A stretch of DNA of 64,000 bases from the human T2T-CHM13v2.0 reference genome, Homo sapiens, in NCBI RefSeq assembly GCF_009914755.1, contig NC_060942.1; one strand, 5' to 3'. The notes under the pieces were generated by a model, which searched no databases, had not been told where the DNA came from, and saw only the letters and a list, made by a program, of their open reading frames with translations. Below, in pieces: positions 17,132 through 28,620 of the stretch. Position 1 is the first letter of the stretch, and each line of letters starts with the position of its first letter. The translations under genes were made by a program, and so were the position numbers.

Positions 17132-17479
17132 AAGCAAGGGACAAAAGTCAGTCTTCGGTAACCAGTAACAAGATGAAACAAGTTTTGCAGAAGTTATAAT
17201 AAAATAGAAGAATCAAATGATCACATAGCAAAATGTAGTAGAGACATGCAAACTGCAAAAGAATGGCATATAAAGCAATAACATATTTATGTTGTGAATG
17301 TGAATATTAAATCCTATAAGGGATAGAAAATAATATATGATATAAATATTACACATTCGTCTTTGAGAAAGGAAAGCATGAAATAAAAAGAACCTCTTTT
17401 AATTCAGGGAAACTTTCCTAATGAAATAACAAATGTAAAGAAAAATCACTTTTATCTAGCAAATTTAAATTCAGATAAC

Positions 17480-17692
17480 CATGTTGTAAATCACTTATCT
17501 TCAATGGTCATTACAGCTAGAGAAGAGAGAGTATTTGCAACCCTGGGAACCAAAGAAAGAAGCTATTTCTTAACAAAAGTAAGCTTAAACTTGAGATAGC
17601 ATTACTGTTAAAGGTAGATGATATATGCTATTTCCAGCCGTTCTGTGTCAAAGGATAAATCCTTTCGTGTGTAAAATTATAGTCTCTTCCAC
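17480..17692 (-). pseudogene. Candidate relic exon 16 (low end uncertain)
   Basis: Acceptor tttacattttag|GTGG; frame 0 reads VEETIILHTKGFIL*HRTAGNSIYHLPLTVMLSQV; donor weak. Confidence 0.35.
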
Positions 17693-18100
17693 CTAAAATG
17701 TAAACTTTGTTTTCAACGCAAGTTTAGTATGTATTTAGATAATAATGTGACATGTTAAAAGCAAAGCTAAGAGATAATATTGGTTCAGAAACTGCATTTA
17801 TATTAATCATTTCAGATATATCTGTATCTACAAAGAGTTATCTACAAAAAAAATACTTTTGTTGTTCTAAAATCAAAAAATTGCCACAAAAACTTTACTT
17901 GAGTAAAATAAAAGTAAGCCTCTGACAGCTTCTAAACCTAAATATAATAAAACTATTTGGAGCTTTATTTATTCTTAGACATTATTTTTTGTCAATGTAT
18001 AACTGTTCGTTAGCAGTAAATATTATATGAAATGCACAATGAAACACTTTTGATGAAATAGTCTTTTATATCTTAACTACTCTGGATTATATTTTGGGAT

Positions 18101-18487
18101 TGTGGTAGAAATAACAATATGTGTTCATTGCACAATTTCCTCTTTCTCAGAAATAGGAAAACAATATTTGCCGGCCTCTCTTGAAGACAGTTTCAGGACC
18201 ATGTAATTGGAATTCTGGCCAATGGAATGTAGAGTAGATCTTGACCTTAAAATCATTCCTTTTGCCTCTCCAGCCCTTTTCCTTTCCATGGAACCTTAGA
18301 AGCCATGTGATCCAGATGGTAAAGCTACAGTGAAAGAAGCTGGATCCCTACGCCACTCCTTCAAGAGGACCCCATGAAGGAAAGCTGCCTTAACCACATC
18401 ACTAACATCATCAAAGAAGAGATCTTTGTTTTGTTAAACCACTGTGATGTTGGACTTTTGCAAAACATAGTCTAACCTGTTCTAATA
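18101..18487 (+). mobile_element. MLT1 (MaLR; MLT1I/J-like) LTR
   Basis: tgtggtag start; ttctggccaatggaatgtag; ttgttaaaccactg...ctaata end. Confidence 0.65.
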
Positions 18488-18528
18488 GAGGGCTGCACTA
18501 TTAGGTTTATTAACTAATCAAAATATTA

Positions 18529-18835
<307 letters not shown>

Positions 18836-18839
18836 TCAG

Positions 18840-19970
18840 CAACAATAATGGAAATGGCTCAGGTGATGATTCACTGTCCTCAAAACCAAAAGAATGAAGT
18901 CTACATAAGTGAAATACAAATGATTTAACTTTTTTTTTTTTTTTTTTTTTTTACTTTTAACAGTGGAGTAGTAGAGCATGGGAAACTAACCATTTATATT
19001 ATTTGGGACGTTTTCTTTGTTGAAAGCCAAGAAAACTTCCTGCATACTAAGAATCTTCACAACTTCCTTAGAATATCTGAATTAGGCATTCTCAATTATA
19101 AACATAATAACAATTTTTTAAAAATTCAATAACATGATTTTTCACAGAAACAAGGTCATACTGGCTATTCACATCTGGTTATTTGGATACCACTATCATA
19201 CTTTTTGTTATTTTTGCTTACTCTTTGTAGTGTTATTTAAGTCAATTTACACCAATTCACATTAGGATTATATATTTTCTGGTAGATATGAAAATAAATA
19301 CATAGCTATTATAACACAAATTTTCATATACAACTTTAAACTAATCTTGTTACTGCAGGTGATATAAATACTCCTACTAGGAGCCACTCTATAATAAAGG
19401 ATGGTAGGTTCCCAGGTAATCAAACTGCACCCTCCTCCACCCCAAATAGCACCATGTTTGTTAAAACATTATTTTATCAGCTGAAGATATTGAATTATTA
19501 ATTGCATCTGTTCTCTCTATTCAGTCCCGCAGCTGGTCTACTCCCATTTTTATATCATAACAAGACTTTGTAGTTTTTTGTCTAAAGGTTTTTGGCCTGG
19601 AGAAAAGCTGAAGCAGTCTGAAATCTCTTTGATCTTAATTCATGGGATATCCTGGAGAGGAATGTAGGATCAGTGAGGTGGTGATGGAAGAGGTCTGTGA
19701 GCCCAGCAAGGCTATGGTAGCAGCAAAGGAGGTGACCAGATTTTGGAGACATGACTGCTGGGTGCACTGCAGGCTGCATCACAGGCATGAGAGCTCCCAG
19801 CTGCACTCAGCTTCTTATGGGCCTGGGAGCCACATCAAGTCAGCAGTGATCTATGAGATCCATGAAAAGGCTGGTACTCTCAATGGAAGAGATGACACAT
19901 GGCAGGAGGGTTTGGTTGGGTATGGGGAGGCGGATGCAAGTAATAAGATTGTCTGAGGGTAAATTTGCTG
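18840..19970 (-). pseudogene. Relic exon 15 (large; low end uncertain, abuts an Alu)
   Basis: Acceptor cctttctactagtttag|CAG. Phase 1 reads AANLPSDNLITCIRLPIPNQTLLPCVISSIESTSLFMDLIDHC*LDVAPRPIRS*VQLGALMPVMQPAVHPAVMSPKSGHLLCCYHSLAGLTDLFHHHLTDPTFLSRISHELRSKRFQTASAFLQAKNL*. Confidence 0.65.
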
Positions 19971-20216
19971 CTAAACTAGTAGAAAGGCACCACAGAATTG
20001 GAATTTAGTTGACTTAGAGAAAAATCTTAAGTGTGGTGTTCTTTACATACTCCGTTTCTGGGCTATGATCCATGCTTTCTATACCAGCAAAAGTATATTA
20101 GTAGAGCCTAAACATTTTTAGCAGAGTTTTTCTAAGCGAACTGTAAGTTTTGCTTAAAGATGGTAGTAATAGATTTCTCCAACACAATTTTTAATATAAT
20201 TCTCTCATGCCTTCTC

Positions 20217-20219
<3 letters not shown>

Positions 20220-20259
<40 letters not shown>
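20220..20259. repeat. (CA)n microsatellite
   Basis: Seen directly. Confidence 0.95.
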
Positions 20260-20262
<3 letters not shown>

Positions 20263-20286
20263 CTGAATACTCCTTGATGCACATAC

Positions 20287-20462
20287 CAATACCCCGTGAT
20301 GCTCTTCCTTCTAATTTTATACACTCCAGGTCCCTCTCAGTAGCAAAGAAACACATCTCTTTGAGAAACACATCCAGTAACTTATCTAAAGAAAGACTGA
20401 ATCTCCCAATAAGGGAAACATTATCTTCATGCCGTTTCTACCTATGGATTATTTATGATGCT
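20287..20462 (-). pseudogene. Relic exon 14 (176 nt)
   Basis: Acceptor gtttatcttacag|, donor TTG|gtatgt. Reads KRHEDNVSLIGRFSLSLDKLLDVFLKEMCFFATERDLECIKLEGRASRGI and ends phase 1, matching exon 15. Confidence 0.7.
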
Positions 20463-20775
20463 CTGTAAGATAAACGTCAGAAATATTTTTTTTAATTGCA
20501 CGGCTTTGTCCATTAATTTAATTACTTTTTTAAAGGTATCAAGAAACAGCTGCCTTGAACTTTTTCAAATCTACTGTCTGTTAAGGAACTAAATGTTGAG
20601 AACACAGTTACATTGATTAATGTGGTATTAAGGCATATGAAATATGATCTTTAAGAGGTTTAATTATTGCCTTTGTAAGAGAGACTGATATTATCAACTA
20701 TTCTGAGGTTATGTTTGAATTACAAAGAAATTACTCAGTGTTTGTTAACATTAGTTTAGAAATTTTAACACTCAC

Positions 20776-21039
20776 CAAGTTCTGTTTATTCTTCTAAAGC
20801 ATAACACTCCATTCTATTAGTCATTTTTATAAACCTTGTAGGGTTTAAAGTTTGGATAACGTGAGGGGAGTATTGAGTTTTCCCACAGAGGATACATCTA
20901 AAATTCTACTGAAAATTGTTACCTAGGGCTGATTTTTCTGCTTCTGCAAAAGGATATCCATGCATTGGCATGGCATCTCCAGAGTATATCCAATTTTTAT
21001 TCATCCAGATTCCCTAAATGATCTTCCTCAAAATGCGAA
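20776..21039 (-). pseudogene. Relic exon 13 (264 nt)
   Basis: Strong donor TTG|gtgagt; acceptor gtattaattcagtag|. Frame 0 reads IKIGYTLEMPCQCMDILLQKQKNQP*VTIFSRILDVSSVGKLNTPLTLSKL* but has 7 stops, so the frame is uncertain. Confidence 0.5.
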
Positions 21040-21529
21040 CTACTGAATTAATACAAAGCATATGTTGCTAAATAAAAAAACTTCTAGTTCATATGAGCTA
21101 CCAAATTAAAATTTAATAAAAATGGAGAGACTAACTCTCCCTTAATTACGACCTTGTCAAAAGGTCATGAGTTTTCTTTTCCTACTAGAGGCCTTCAAAC
21201 ACTAAATTGAAAACAGGTAATACACTGTTGCCCTGCCCCCAACCCATCACCACTAGTCACTCAATGTTCCTCCACTTAACAATCTTTACCAGATCCCAGT
21301 AAGCCATCTATAGGGAAGGAAAATATCAGACTAAAATGAATAAGAAAATAAAGAAGAATAGAGTGAAGTTTGAACAATGTGGTTTTATTTCCCCATAATT
21401 ACAGCTTTAAGCTGTTAGTTGAGAAAATGTAATAAAACGCTAAGGTTTCCTGTTATGTTTCATTCTAAACAGTAAAGCGCCTTAATAGCTTCCCACTCCA
21501 TGACTGACCAATAATTCAATAGCAGAATT

Positions 21530-21553
21530 TGTGTGTGTGTGTGTGTGTGTGTG
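21530..21553. repeat. (TG)n microsatellite
   Basis: Seen directly. Confidence 0.9.
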
Positions 21554-21572
21554 GAAAGATATTTTCTTATAC

Positions 21573-21902
21573 GTTTCATAAAGAAAATAAAAATGGATAT
21601 CACTCTGGATTTATCATTATGCCATAGGGGAAAAAGGAAGTAATGCTTTCATTAGTAATTCTATTATTGAAATATGTTTAAGTATAAATGTTTGGACTCT
21701 TTTAAATCACTATGACTAAGCAAAGATCTCAATACAAGCAATATTTAATATTTTTCTAGAAATTTGTTAATATTCAGTAAAGAAATCAAAATTCATCCAA
21801 CAGTATAGCTTTTGAGAAGCACTAAATGAAGCTGGAAAATTAAGCTTTCCACTAATTTCCTATTGTTGTTAAATTCTTCATTAAGAGAAACAGGTTTTGT
21901 TG
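21573..21902 (-). pseudogene. Relic exon 12 (low end uncertain)
   Basis: Acceptor tggtttgttttgcag|. Phase 1 reads TKPVSLNEEFNNNRKLVESLIFQLHLVLLKSYTVG*ILISLLNINKFLEKY*ILLVLRSLLSHSDLKESKHLYLNIFQ. Confidence 0.55.
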
Positions 21903-22262
21903 CTGCAAAACAAACCAGAGATATAAAAAATATAAATAAATAATAACACCCACTAAGAAATCTGTGTTTAGTGAAATAACAGACAAATAAGAGTGGAAAT
22001 GTGTAGCCATCTGGAGAATAAGAAAATCAAAAATAATAAGCAGCATTGGGAATTTATTACAAAGAAATTACGCCAACAGTTTCTTACAGCAGTTTTCTAT
22101 GGAAATGTTCAAACTAGTGGGTAAAGAAATACATTTTATACTATATATTTGGACCCTACTGATATAATTTTATACATGATTTCATGGCATAATATTTGCT
22201 AAGTAATCTAAATTAGCTTGGCTATAAATGCTGTCATACTGATGCAAAATTTGCTATCATAC

Positions 22263-22574
22263 CACAGTCAGTCCCCAGAAATGACACAGTTTGATGGAAC
22301 TGTCTAGAGCCAGAGGTTGTGACATGGGGCTGTCTGCAACATTGTGTTTCAGAGAAATTAATAAATCTGAAAGCAACTGAGATATCAGGAAGACACAAAA
22401 TAGAAGGTAGAAAGGAAAGGAGATAATGAAAACTACATAGGTCAAAGAAACAAGCAAAAGTTCATCCCCACTGCACTTCAGGAGGGGTGTATATTTCACA
22501 TGGGGACGTGAAATGATTCCCATCATCATAAGATTCATTTTGACAATTCTAACTCTCATCTGCTACTTCAGAAT
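22263..22574 (-). pseudogene. Relic exon 11 (312 nt, phase 1-1)
   Basis: Acceptor ttttttccctcttccttctcctacatctag|, donor GTG|gtatga. Reads DSEVADES*NCQNESYDDGNHFTSPCEIYTPPEVQWG*TFACFFDLCSFHYLLSFLPSILCLPDISVAFRFINFSETQCCRQPHVTTSGSRQFHQTVSFLGTDC. Confidence 0.7.
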
Positions 22575-22952
22575 CTAGATGTAGGAGAAGGAAGAGGGAA
22601 AAAATATTTAAAATGTTCTTTCCCAGTGTCTTCATCAATTTTCAAATTTTCCGCTAATTTTCAATATTTCAGAAATCAAATTCCATTATCAGGTGACATT
22701 TTCGGGCTACATCTTCAAATGTGGAAATTGTCATTTTGTTTATCTTTGAACCCACAGCACCTGGCAAATATTATGTGCTCAAAAATATTTCTTGAACAGA
22801 ATTGTTGAACTATGAATGAGGGACCGTCTGCAGAATTTTAGTTTAAAATGGTCATAATTATTGGAGCAGAAAAAAAACAGCTTTAGTTTATTCCACTTAA
22901 GAGTTAATTATATTTTTTAAAAAGAGCAATTTTGGGGCATATTTTCTTAAAA

Positions 22953-23125
22953 CTATGCTGTTCTCTGTCATAGCCACTAGCCATATTCAATTTAAAAATT
23001 AAAAATACAGTTCCTTGGCTACATTAACCACCTTCAACTACTCAATAGTCACATGTAGCTATAGGCTACTGCATCATAGCACAGTTCTATGATTGCAGAA
23101 AAGTCTTTTGGACAGTGTTGTTTTA
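22953..23125 (-). mobile_element. MER3/MER33-like hAT MITE fragment
   Basis: tagccactagcca...ctcaatagtcacatgtagcta...gcagaaaagtcttttggacagtg. Confidence 0.6.
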
Positions 23126-23179
23126 GAGCATGTAAGCACCATATCCTCATTTCCCATGCATATTTTCTAAATTGTATGT

Positions 23180-24270
23180 TAATTTGTTCATTCAAAAAAG
23201 TATTCAATATATATTATATGCTTGGCACTGATGATGCCAGAATAAATGAGACCCTTTTCTAACTACTTCAAATCTTTTGTAGGAATATATCAGTCAACAG
23301 ACAGTAACACTACAGAGAGAGAGAGGCAAGTGCTATGCCATGGAGGGCTTATTGAAGAAGACCATGATTAGAGGCAAAAAATGATCAAGAAGACTACTGA
23401 AGTGATCATAGTAAACATTATTTATAATAATAATATTTATTATTATAATACAATAATAATATTTATTATTATAATACAATAATAATTAAGCTACAAGAAG
23501 TAGAAATGGAAAGGAGGAAAAAGGATCAAATGCTATTTAAGAGACAGAAACAGTGTGATTTGATGATAAATTAAATGCAGTAACAGAGAAAGAGGGATCT
23601 AGAATGACTCCCATACCTCTGGCATGAATGAATAGCCTACACTGCCACTATCTGAAATCAGATCTACGTGAGGAAAACCAGGTGAGCAGAGGAGAGAGGA
23701 CCACTGAAACTTCACATATGGGTGCTTTTTAATGACGATGGTATATGTGTGTCCAATATTCATGAGAAGGTTTGATGGATACATAGTTTTGGGAATTATT
23801 ATTATAGAACTATAGTTGGATCAGATCACATAACAACAGCAATAAAGAAAAGGAATTTTGACATTAAAGTCAAGAATAATTAACATTAACAATTTCTAGA
23901 GAAATTGAAGGATAAAAATGAATGGGATCATAGAAAACAAGAGAAAGGAGTTGCAACCTGGAGTCAAGTTTCCAAAAAGTACATTAAGACAAAGACTAGA
24001 AAAAATACAAACATGTCCATTTCATCTAGCAGAAGGTCATGAATGACCTTAACACAAACATTTCCCATAAATGATAGGAGCAGAGTTTAGGTAACAAGAT
24101 GTCCAGGACAGCAAGAATGAGGATGATGAAAGACATGCATAGACCACTCTTTCTAGGACTTGAGCAGATATGAGCTGGAAAGAGCTAGACATGAAGTGAG
24201 ATATAGATGCAAAGGAGGATGCTATTTGTTTTCTGGTTTTAATGGGGAAAAGACTTGAACATTTATTGCT
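23180..24270 (-). mobile_element. LINE-2 fragments
   Basis: ttcattcaaaaaagtattcaa...atgcttggcactg; aatgactcccatacctctggcatgaatgaatag. Confidence 0.5.
23426..23486. repeat. AT-rich 26-bp tandem repeat (2.3 copies)
   Basis: aataataatatttattattataatac at 23426-23451 and 23452-23477, plus a partial copy. Confidence 0.9.
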
Positions 24271-24599
24271 GTGTCCACAATCTATGCATCTAATAGGTTC
24301 ATCTTAGCCAGTTTGGATTGATTGCAGTTTATCTCCAGAGCTACTGACCCTTGGCCAATGCTGTAAAATGTATTAACTAAAGATAAATGATGTTTTGTAA
24401 CCATGGGTCCATGAATTGTTTCAGAGCAAGATGTATCAGCCTGCCAGCACTGTTTAGTAATAATAATTGAATTTATAATTGCACCTAATTTCAGTGGAGC
24501 CTGGGGGAGGAAGACATTCAAAGTAAAGGCTGGTAACATAGCTAGAATATGTCTATATGAAAAGCTTATTATAAGAGATCTCCACTGTGAGCAGATTTG

Positions 24600-24830
24600 G
24601 GTCTCCTGCTACAGAAGTGCTTCACATGCACACCAGTAGTTGTTACAGTCTGGTACAGGCTAAGAGCATCTGCGTGACCCAGAGGTGGGAGAACAAAGAA
24701 ACCTGTGCCTGGGACCTCTAGGTCCTTTTTCATGCATATTTTTCTTGTGTTGTTTCTGTGTTATGCTATATCCTTTGCCCGTTATAAAGTTGTTCTGGGA
24801 GTACAAACCGAGCAAATGGAGTTTCTTAAG
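24600..24830 (+). mobile_element. Old ERVL-class LTR remnant (MER68/MER77/MER21-like 3' part)
   Basis: agcatctgcgtgaccc...gggagaacaaagaaacctgtgcctgg...tatcctttgcccgttataaa. Confidence 0.4.
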
Positions 24831-25080
24831 CAATGGAACACTTAAGGTGATTAAAGTGTAATTACCTCTGACTAACATAATTTCTCTAGCAAAAATGCTT
24901 AGCTTTTTCAGCCTCTCAAAGAATTTGTCGCAAGTGTAATTTTTAGACTCAACAGTTACAATTTATGAGGATAGTTTTTACCTCAAGGAAAACAAATTTA
25001 AATAATAAAATCTCATTTACACAAAGAAAATTTTTAAAGAAACAAAAATAATTGTCTAGTTTGTCCATTAAACAACTTAC

Positions 25081-25378
25081 CATCAATACAGGGATGTTCA
25101 AATAACTAATTTCCATGCAAACTATAACTTGTTGGTTGTGTTCTTTTACTGTCTGTTCAACCATATTGTTGCCCCTCCACCTTTGCTATTTTATTTAACA
25201 TGCCCAGGTATCTCATCCAGTTCATTGGTTTGTGGTTAAATCCAAAGGTTTTCCAGGATCTAAGGGTAGGTTGAATCCCTTCGGTTCATATGAAAGGTCT
25301 TCTAATTACCTCTGTTCACACACACATTCAGTAAGTACCCAGAAAGGGAGGCCAGATGGTAATGTTCATAGATATAAA
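25081..25378 (-). pseudogene. Relic exon 10 (ancestral acceptor appears mutated; cryptic AG at 25260-61)
   Basis: Donor ATG|gtaagt. Reads LYL*TLPSGLPFWVLTECVCEQR*LEDLSYEPKGFNLPLDPGKPLDLTTNQ*TG*DTWAC*IK*QRWRGNNMVEQTVKEH. Confidence 0.6.
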
Positions 25379-25454
25379 TTAATATAAAATAGACATATCA
25401 TGATTAAAGTAGTTTAATCAAATGCCAAAGAACATAGCTTTTCAATCAGTTAGA

Positions 25455-25670
25455 TGTAGAATTCAGTTCCTCATGGGCCCCATTACTGGCTGGCTATCTG
25501 ACCTTGGGAAGGGTAGTTAATGTATTTGAGCTTCAGCCTTTTGCTGCGGAAAATGGTAAAAATAACAATACTTCGCAGTGTTATTGTGAGGGTTAAAATA
25601 AGATAATGTGTACAGAATATTTAGTCCAGTCACCAGCATATAATAACCACTTAATACATGGTAATAATTT
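25455..25670 (+). mobile_element. MIR SINE
   Basis: tgaccttgggaag...gagcttcagcc...gttattgtgagggttaaaataagataatgtgt core. Confidence 0.75.
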
Positions 25671-25789
25671 AAATTCAGTGAACTAGGGTTCATTAACAAA
25701 TTACATGTCCATAAATACAATGTGTGCAAATATCAGTTTTCTAATATAAGGATAAGTTTAAATTTACCTAACTGAATTTTTATGAACAT

Positions 25790-26227
25790 TGACTGAAAAT
25801 ATAAAGGGACTATGGCCAGACCACATATGAAAATAAAACTCTAATCCACACATCTGCATCAACCAGTCCAGAAAGCCAAACCATAACTTCCACAGTGATC
25901 AGCATGGAACAGTCAGGACTTTGTTGATGACTGCCAGCTTTCCTAATTATTGCCCCTGGTTCCAACTCGAGACCAAGCAGAGAAAGCCAGATAAGATCCT
26001 CAGACCAGTCACATAAAGTATCCTGCTTCTAGTTAGCCCTCCTTCAGCATCCCCATGTCAACAACCTCCAGTCAAAACATACCTGAAGCTTTATAGCTTC
26101 CCCACTCCCCTGTCTGCATTTGAGTCTCTGTCCAATGCAAGTAATAGTAGCTCACTCCCTTCCTCTAGCAAGATCTGAATAAATAGCCTTGGCTTGTTCT
26201 AATGTGAGTGGTCTTCTTCTATTTCAG
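25790..26227 (+). mobile_element. MER67-like ERV1 LTR
   Basis: ctatggccagaccacatatg...gtcaggactt...gactgccagc...gcttctagttagccc...ctgaataaatagcc. Confidence 0.7.
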
Positions 26228-26263
26228 CAGCATTATAAATGAAGTTAAAAGTTCAACATCGAT

Positions 26264-26333
26264 TTTAAAATGCCATATACGGCATACACACACACACACA
26301 CACACGGCAAACACACACACACACACACACACA
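26264..26333. repeat. Interrupted (CA)n microsatellite
   Basis: Seen directly. Confidence 0.9.
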
Positions 26334-28051
26334 ATTTGTGTTATTGTGCAGAAAACAGACATGAAGTTACCATGGCCATTAGAGCTCACACACATGCAAC
26401 CATCTGCTTGTAGATGTACTAATTTTCCACCAGGTATATAACCCAGATGCTTATAAAATAATCAGTCCAATTCTCTCCCTATATCATTACCTCAATACAA
26501 ATTCTTCGTCTACTTTAAATATTCCAGTTGCTTAATCTTTCTGCTTTTCCCTGCTCATTCACCATACATCATCTTCCTTTCCATGTTGTCTGTAATCTGC
26601 CATCTAGCATTTTAGCAGCCAATATTCTCATTAATCTCATTAATCTTCAGTCCCATAAGCCTAGATAAACTGAGTAGACAAATATGGATTTTCCCCCAGA
26701 AATTGTCTTTCCTAGAGGGCTCCTGTTTTGTGTGTAATTGTTTTCCCACTCCATCCACATAGTCTGACATTGCTGTCAATCGTAGTAACCCTATCCCCAA
26801 CATAAATGCTCTTGGGACAGGCAAATTGAACCAACTGAGGTCAAGAAGAATTCATCGAGTGTTTCTAGATTTTCTTTATAGGTGCAAGTTTGGGAATTTA
26901 TGAGTCCAGTGCTCTTGGAAATCATGGTTCTAGACTGGTGGAATAAGCCAGTGTGAGAATGAAGTCCATATTATAAAGATAAAAGAAAGAAGAATATATG
27001 CAATTATCCCGTTCACTGCTATGGAATATAGAACAGGAAGAAAAATTCTGAGGATGTGGTAACAAATTAGTTGAGTCTAAGGTTGTGTTGAATCTGAGGT
27101 GGGAGCAGGAGAGAGAAGTCTGGGTTGTGGATAAAAGCTCTGGCAGCAATCCCAACCCATCCAGGGATAGTGGGTAGACTAACAATCAAACTCATATTTT
27201 CGATAGTTCTGGAAATTAGACAGATATAGTTTATAATAAAACTTTATGACTACAACAGTAAAGTAAGAAGTATTATATATTCAAGATAGAAATACACTAG
27301 TTTCTGTACGAATGTCTAAATAACAATTGAACATAAATAGCTGAAAATCCTCTGGATTCTTGGATTTGTCTTACAACTAGTCATGTCTCTGAGTTCTTAA
27401 ACTTGGTAAGTGGTGTTCTAAAACCTATTACTACAGCAGGACCAAGAAACAATATTTTGAGGGTAGGAGGGAGATGTCAAGAATGCTGTATTTGGGTCAA
27501 GATGCCCAGAGCAATCAATACACAACAGATTATCCAATGATAAATAGGAGTGATAAGCTACCAAGTCAATTCACAAATATTTATTGAGCAGTGGATGAAT
27601 GTCAAGAAAACAATAATAGAAAATGCTTTGAATTGGCAATCGGGAGATTCTTATATTCCTGAGTTTGAAGATTGCTGGATCTGACTTTTGTCAAATCACA
27701 AATCAGCTCTGAATATCACTTTTCTCACCTGTAAAGGGGAGGTGTTGGCGTGGATCATCTTATTTGGGGTGCTTTCGAGCAAGCAAGTATAAAATTCTCA
27801 GCCTCTCCGCCAGGAAGTTGTTCAGTATTTGACTTGATTGAGCAGACACTTAAAAAATTAAATATCAAGAAAAGAAATCAATAACAGTTCAAAGGAATAA
27901 TACATGAGCCACCACAAGGCGGCCTTATAAGCAAAATAAAAGTTGAAATAATTATTTTAAAGGAATAAGACGCTAGAGACGCAGTTACAGACAAGACGAA
28001 GTTCCTCTAGGCGGCCAGCGGAGGGAGACTCTGCTTCCCTTCCCCCGGCAG

Positions 28052-28118
28052 TGGGGACTGGGGGACTGGGGGACTGGGGGACTGGGGGACTGGGGGACTG
28101 GGGGACTGGGGACAGGGG
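28052..28118 (+). repeat. G-rich 8-bp minisatellite (TGGGGGAC)6 flanked by TGGGGAC units
   Basis: Six perfect copies at 28059-28106; degenerate copies continue to about 28203. Confidence 0.95.
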
Positions 28119-28370
28119 TTGGAGGACTGGGAAACTGGAGGACGGAGAACAGGGGGACAAAACGACTGGGGGACTGGGGAATTATGGGACTGGGGATTTG
28201 GGGAATTGTTTTCAAACGCGCGGGGCAAGGACTCCCCACCGCCTCTGGAAGGGGTGAAGAACTAGTCGACTCTAACTCCCTCAGGGCGGCCAGGGAATTG
28301 CATTTGGTTCTCCCGCGGGAGTCGCGCAGGCGTGCGGCCAGGGGGAGTGGGCGCCGCCCGGCAGCGCCCC

Positions 28371-28410
28371 GCGCCGAGGCACAAGCGCCCGCGCCGAGGC
28401 ACAAGCGCCC
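28371..28410. repeat. Perfect 20-bp tandem duplication
   Basis: gcgccgaggcacaagcgccc twice. Confidence 0.95.
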
Positions 28411-28419
28411 CCGACTCAC

Positions 28420-28620
28420 CGGCTCCGCGCGTTTCCCCGCGCGTCTCCCGGACCCGCGCCTGCCCACCCCTCCGGCTCTGCTGCGGTCGAGGCCCCAAGT
28501 CGGTTATCCCGTGTCCAGGCAACCGCGGGGGCGGCGGCGGCGGCGTGAGGAGCGGGCGGCTGCTGCTCCGGGGCCTCCTGGCTCGAGCCCTTAGCCCCCG
28601 ACTCCCGGCGTTTCGGCGCC
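28420..28620 (-). ncRNA. Candidate non-coding first exon of a minus-strand transcript (TSS position estimated)
   Basis: Consensus donor CCG|GTGAGT at 28420/28419 inside the CpG island; no ATG upstream in this stretch on the minus strand. Confidence 0.5.

Noticed and set aside
19359-19403. 45-nt + strand micro-exon candidate
   Set aside because: Isolated, and lies inside the minus-strand relic exon; such motifs arise by chance.
19642-19956. 104-aa + strand ORF
   Set aside because: More simply the antisense shadow of the longer, splice-bounded minus-strand relic frame; no recognisable product.
21953-22010. Small minus exon after a strong acceptor at 22011
   Set aside because: It would leave an intron of only about 50 nt and has no good donor.
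22257-22559. 100-aa minus ORF MRVRIVKMN... as a real protein
   Set aside because: It is an alternative frame within relic exon 11; the phase-1 frame fits the neighbouring exons better. A micropeptide cannot be fully excluded.
26563-26866. Possible additional minus-strand relic exon (70-aa ORF 26612-26824)
   Set aside because: Poor acceptor, and exons 9 and 10 join without it; unresolved.
28052-28410. Short direct repeats as a CRISPR-like array
   Set aside because: Tandem repeats without unique spacers, in eukaryotic DNA with no cas genes.
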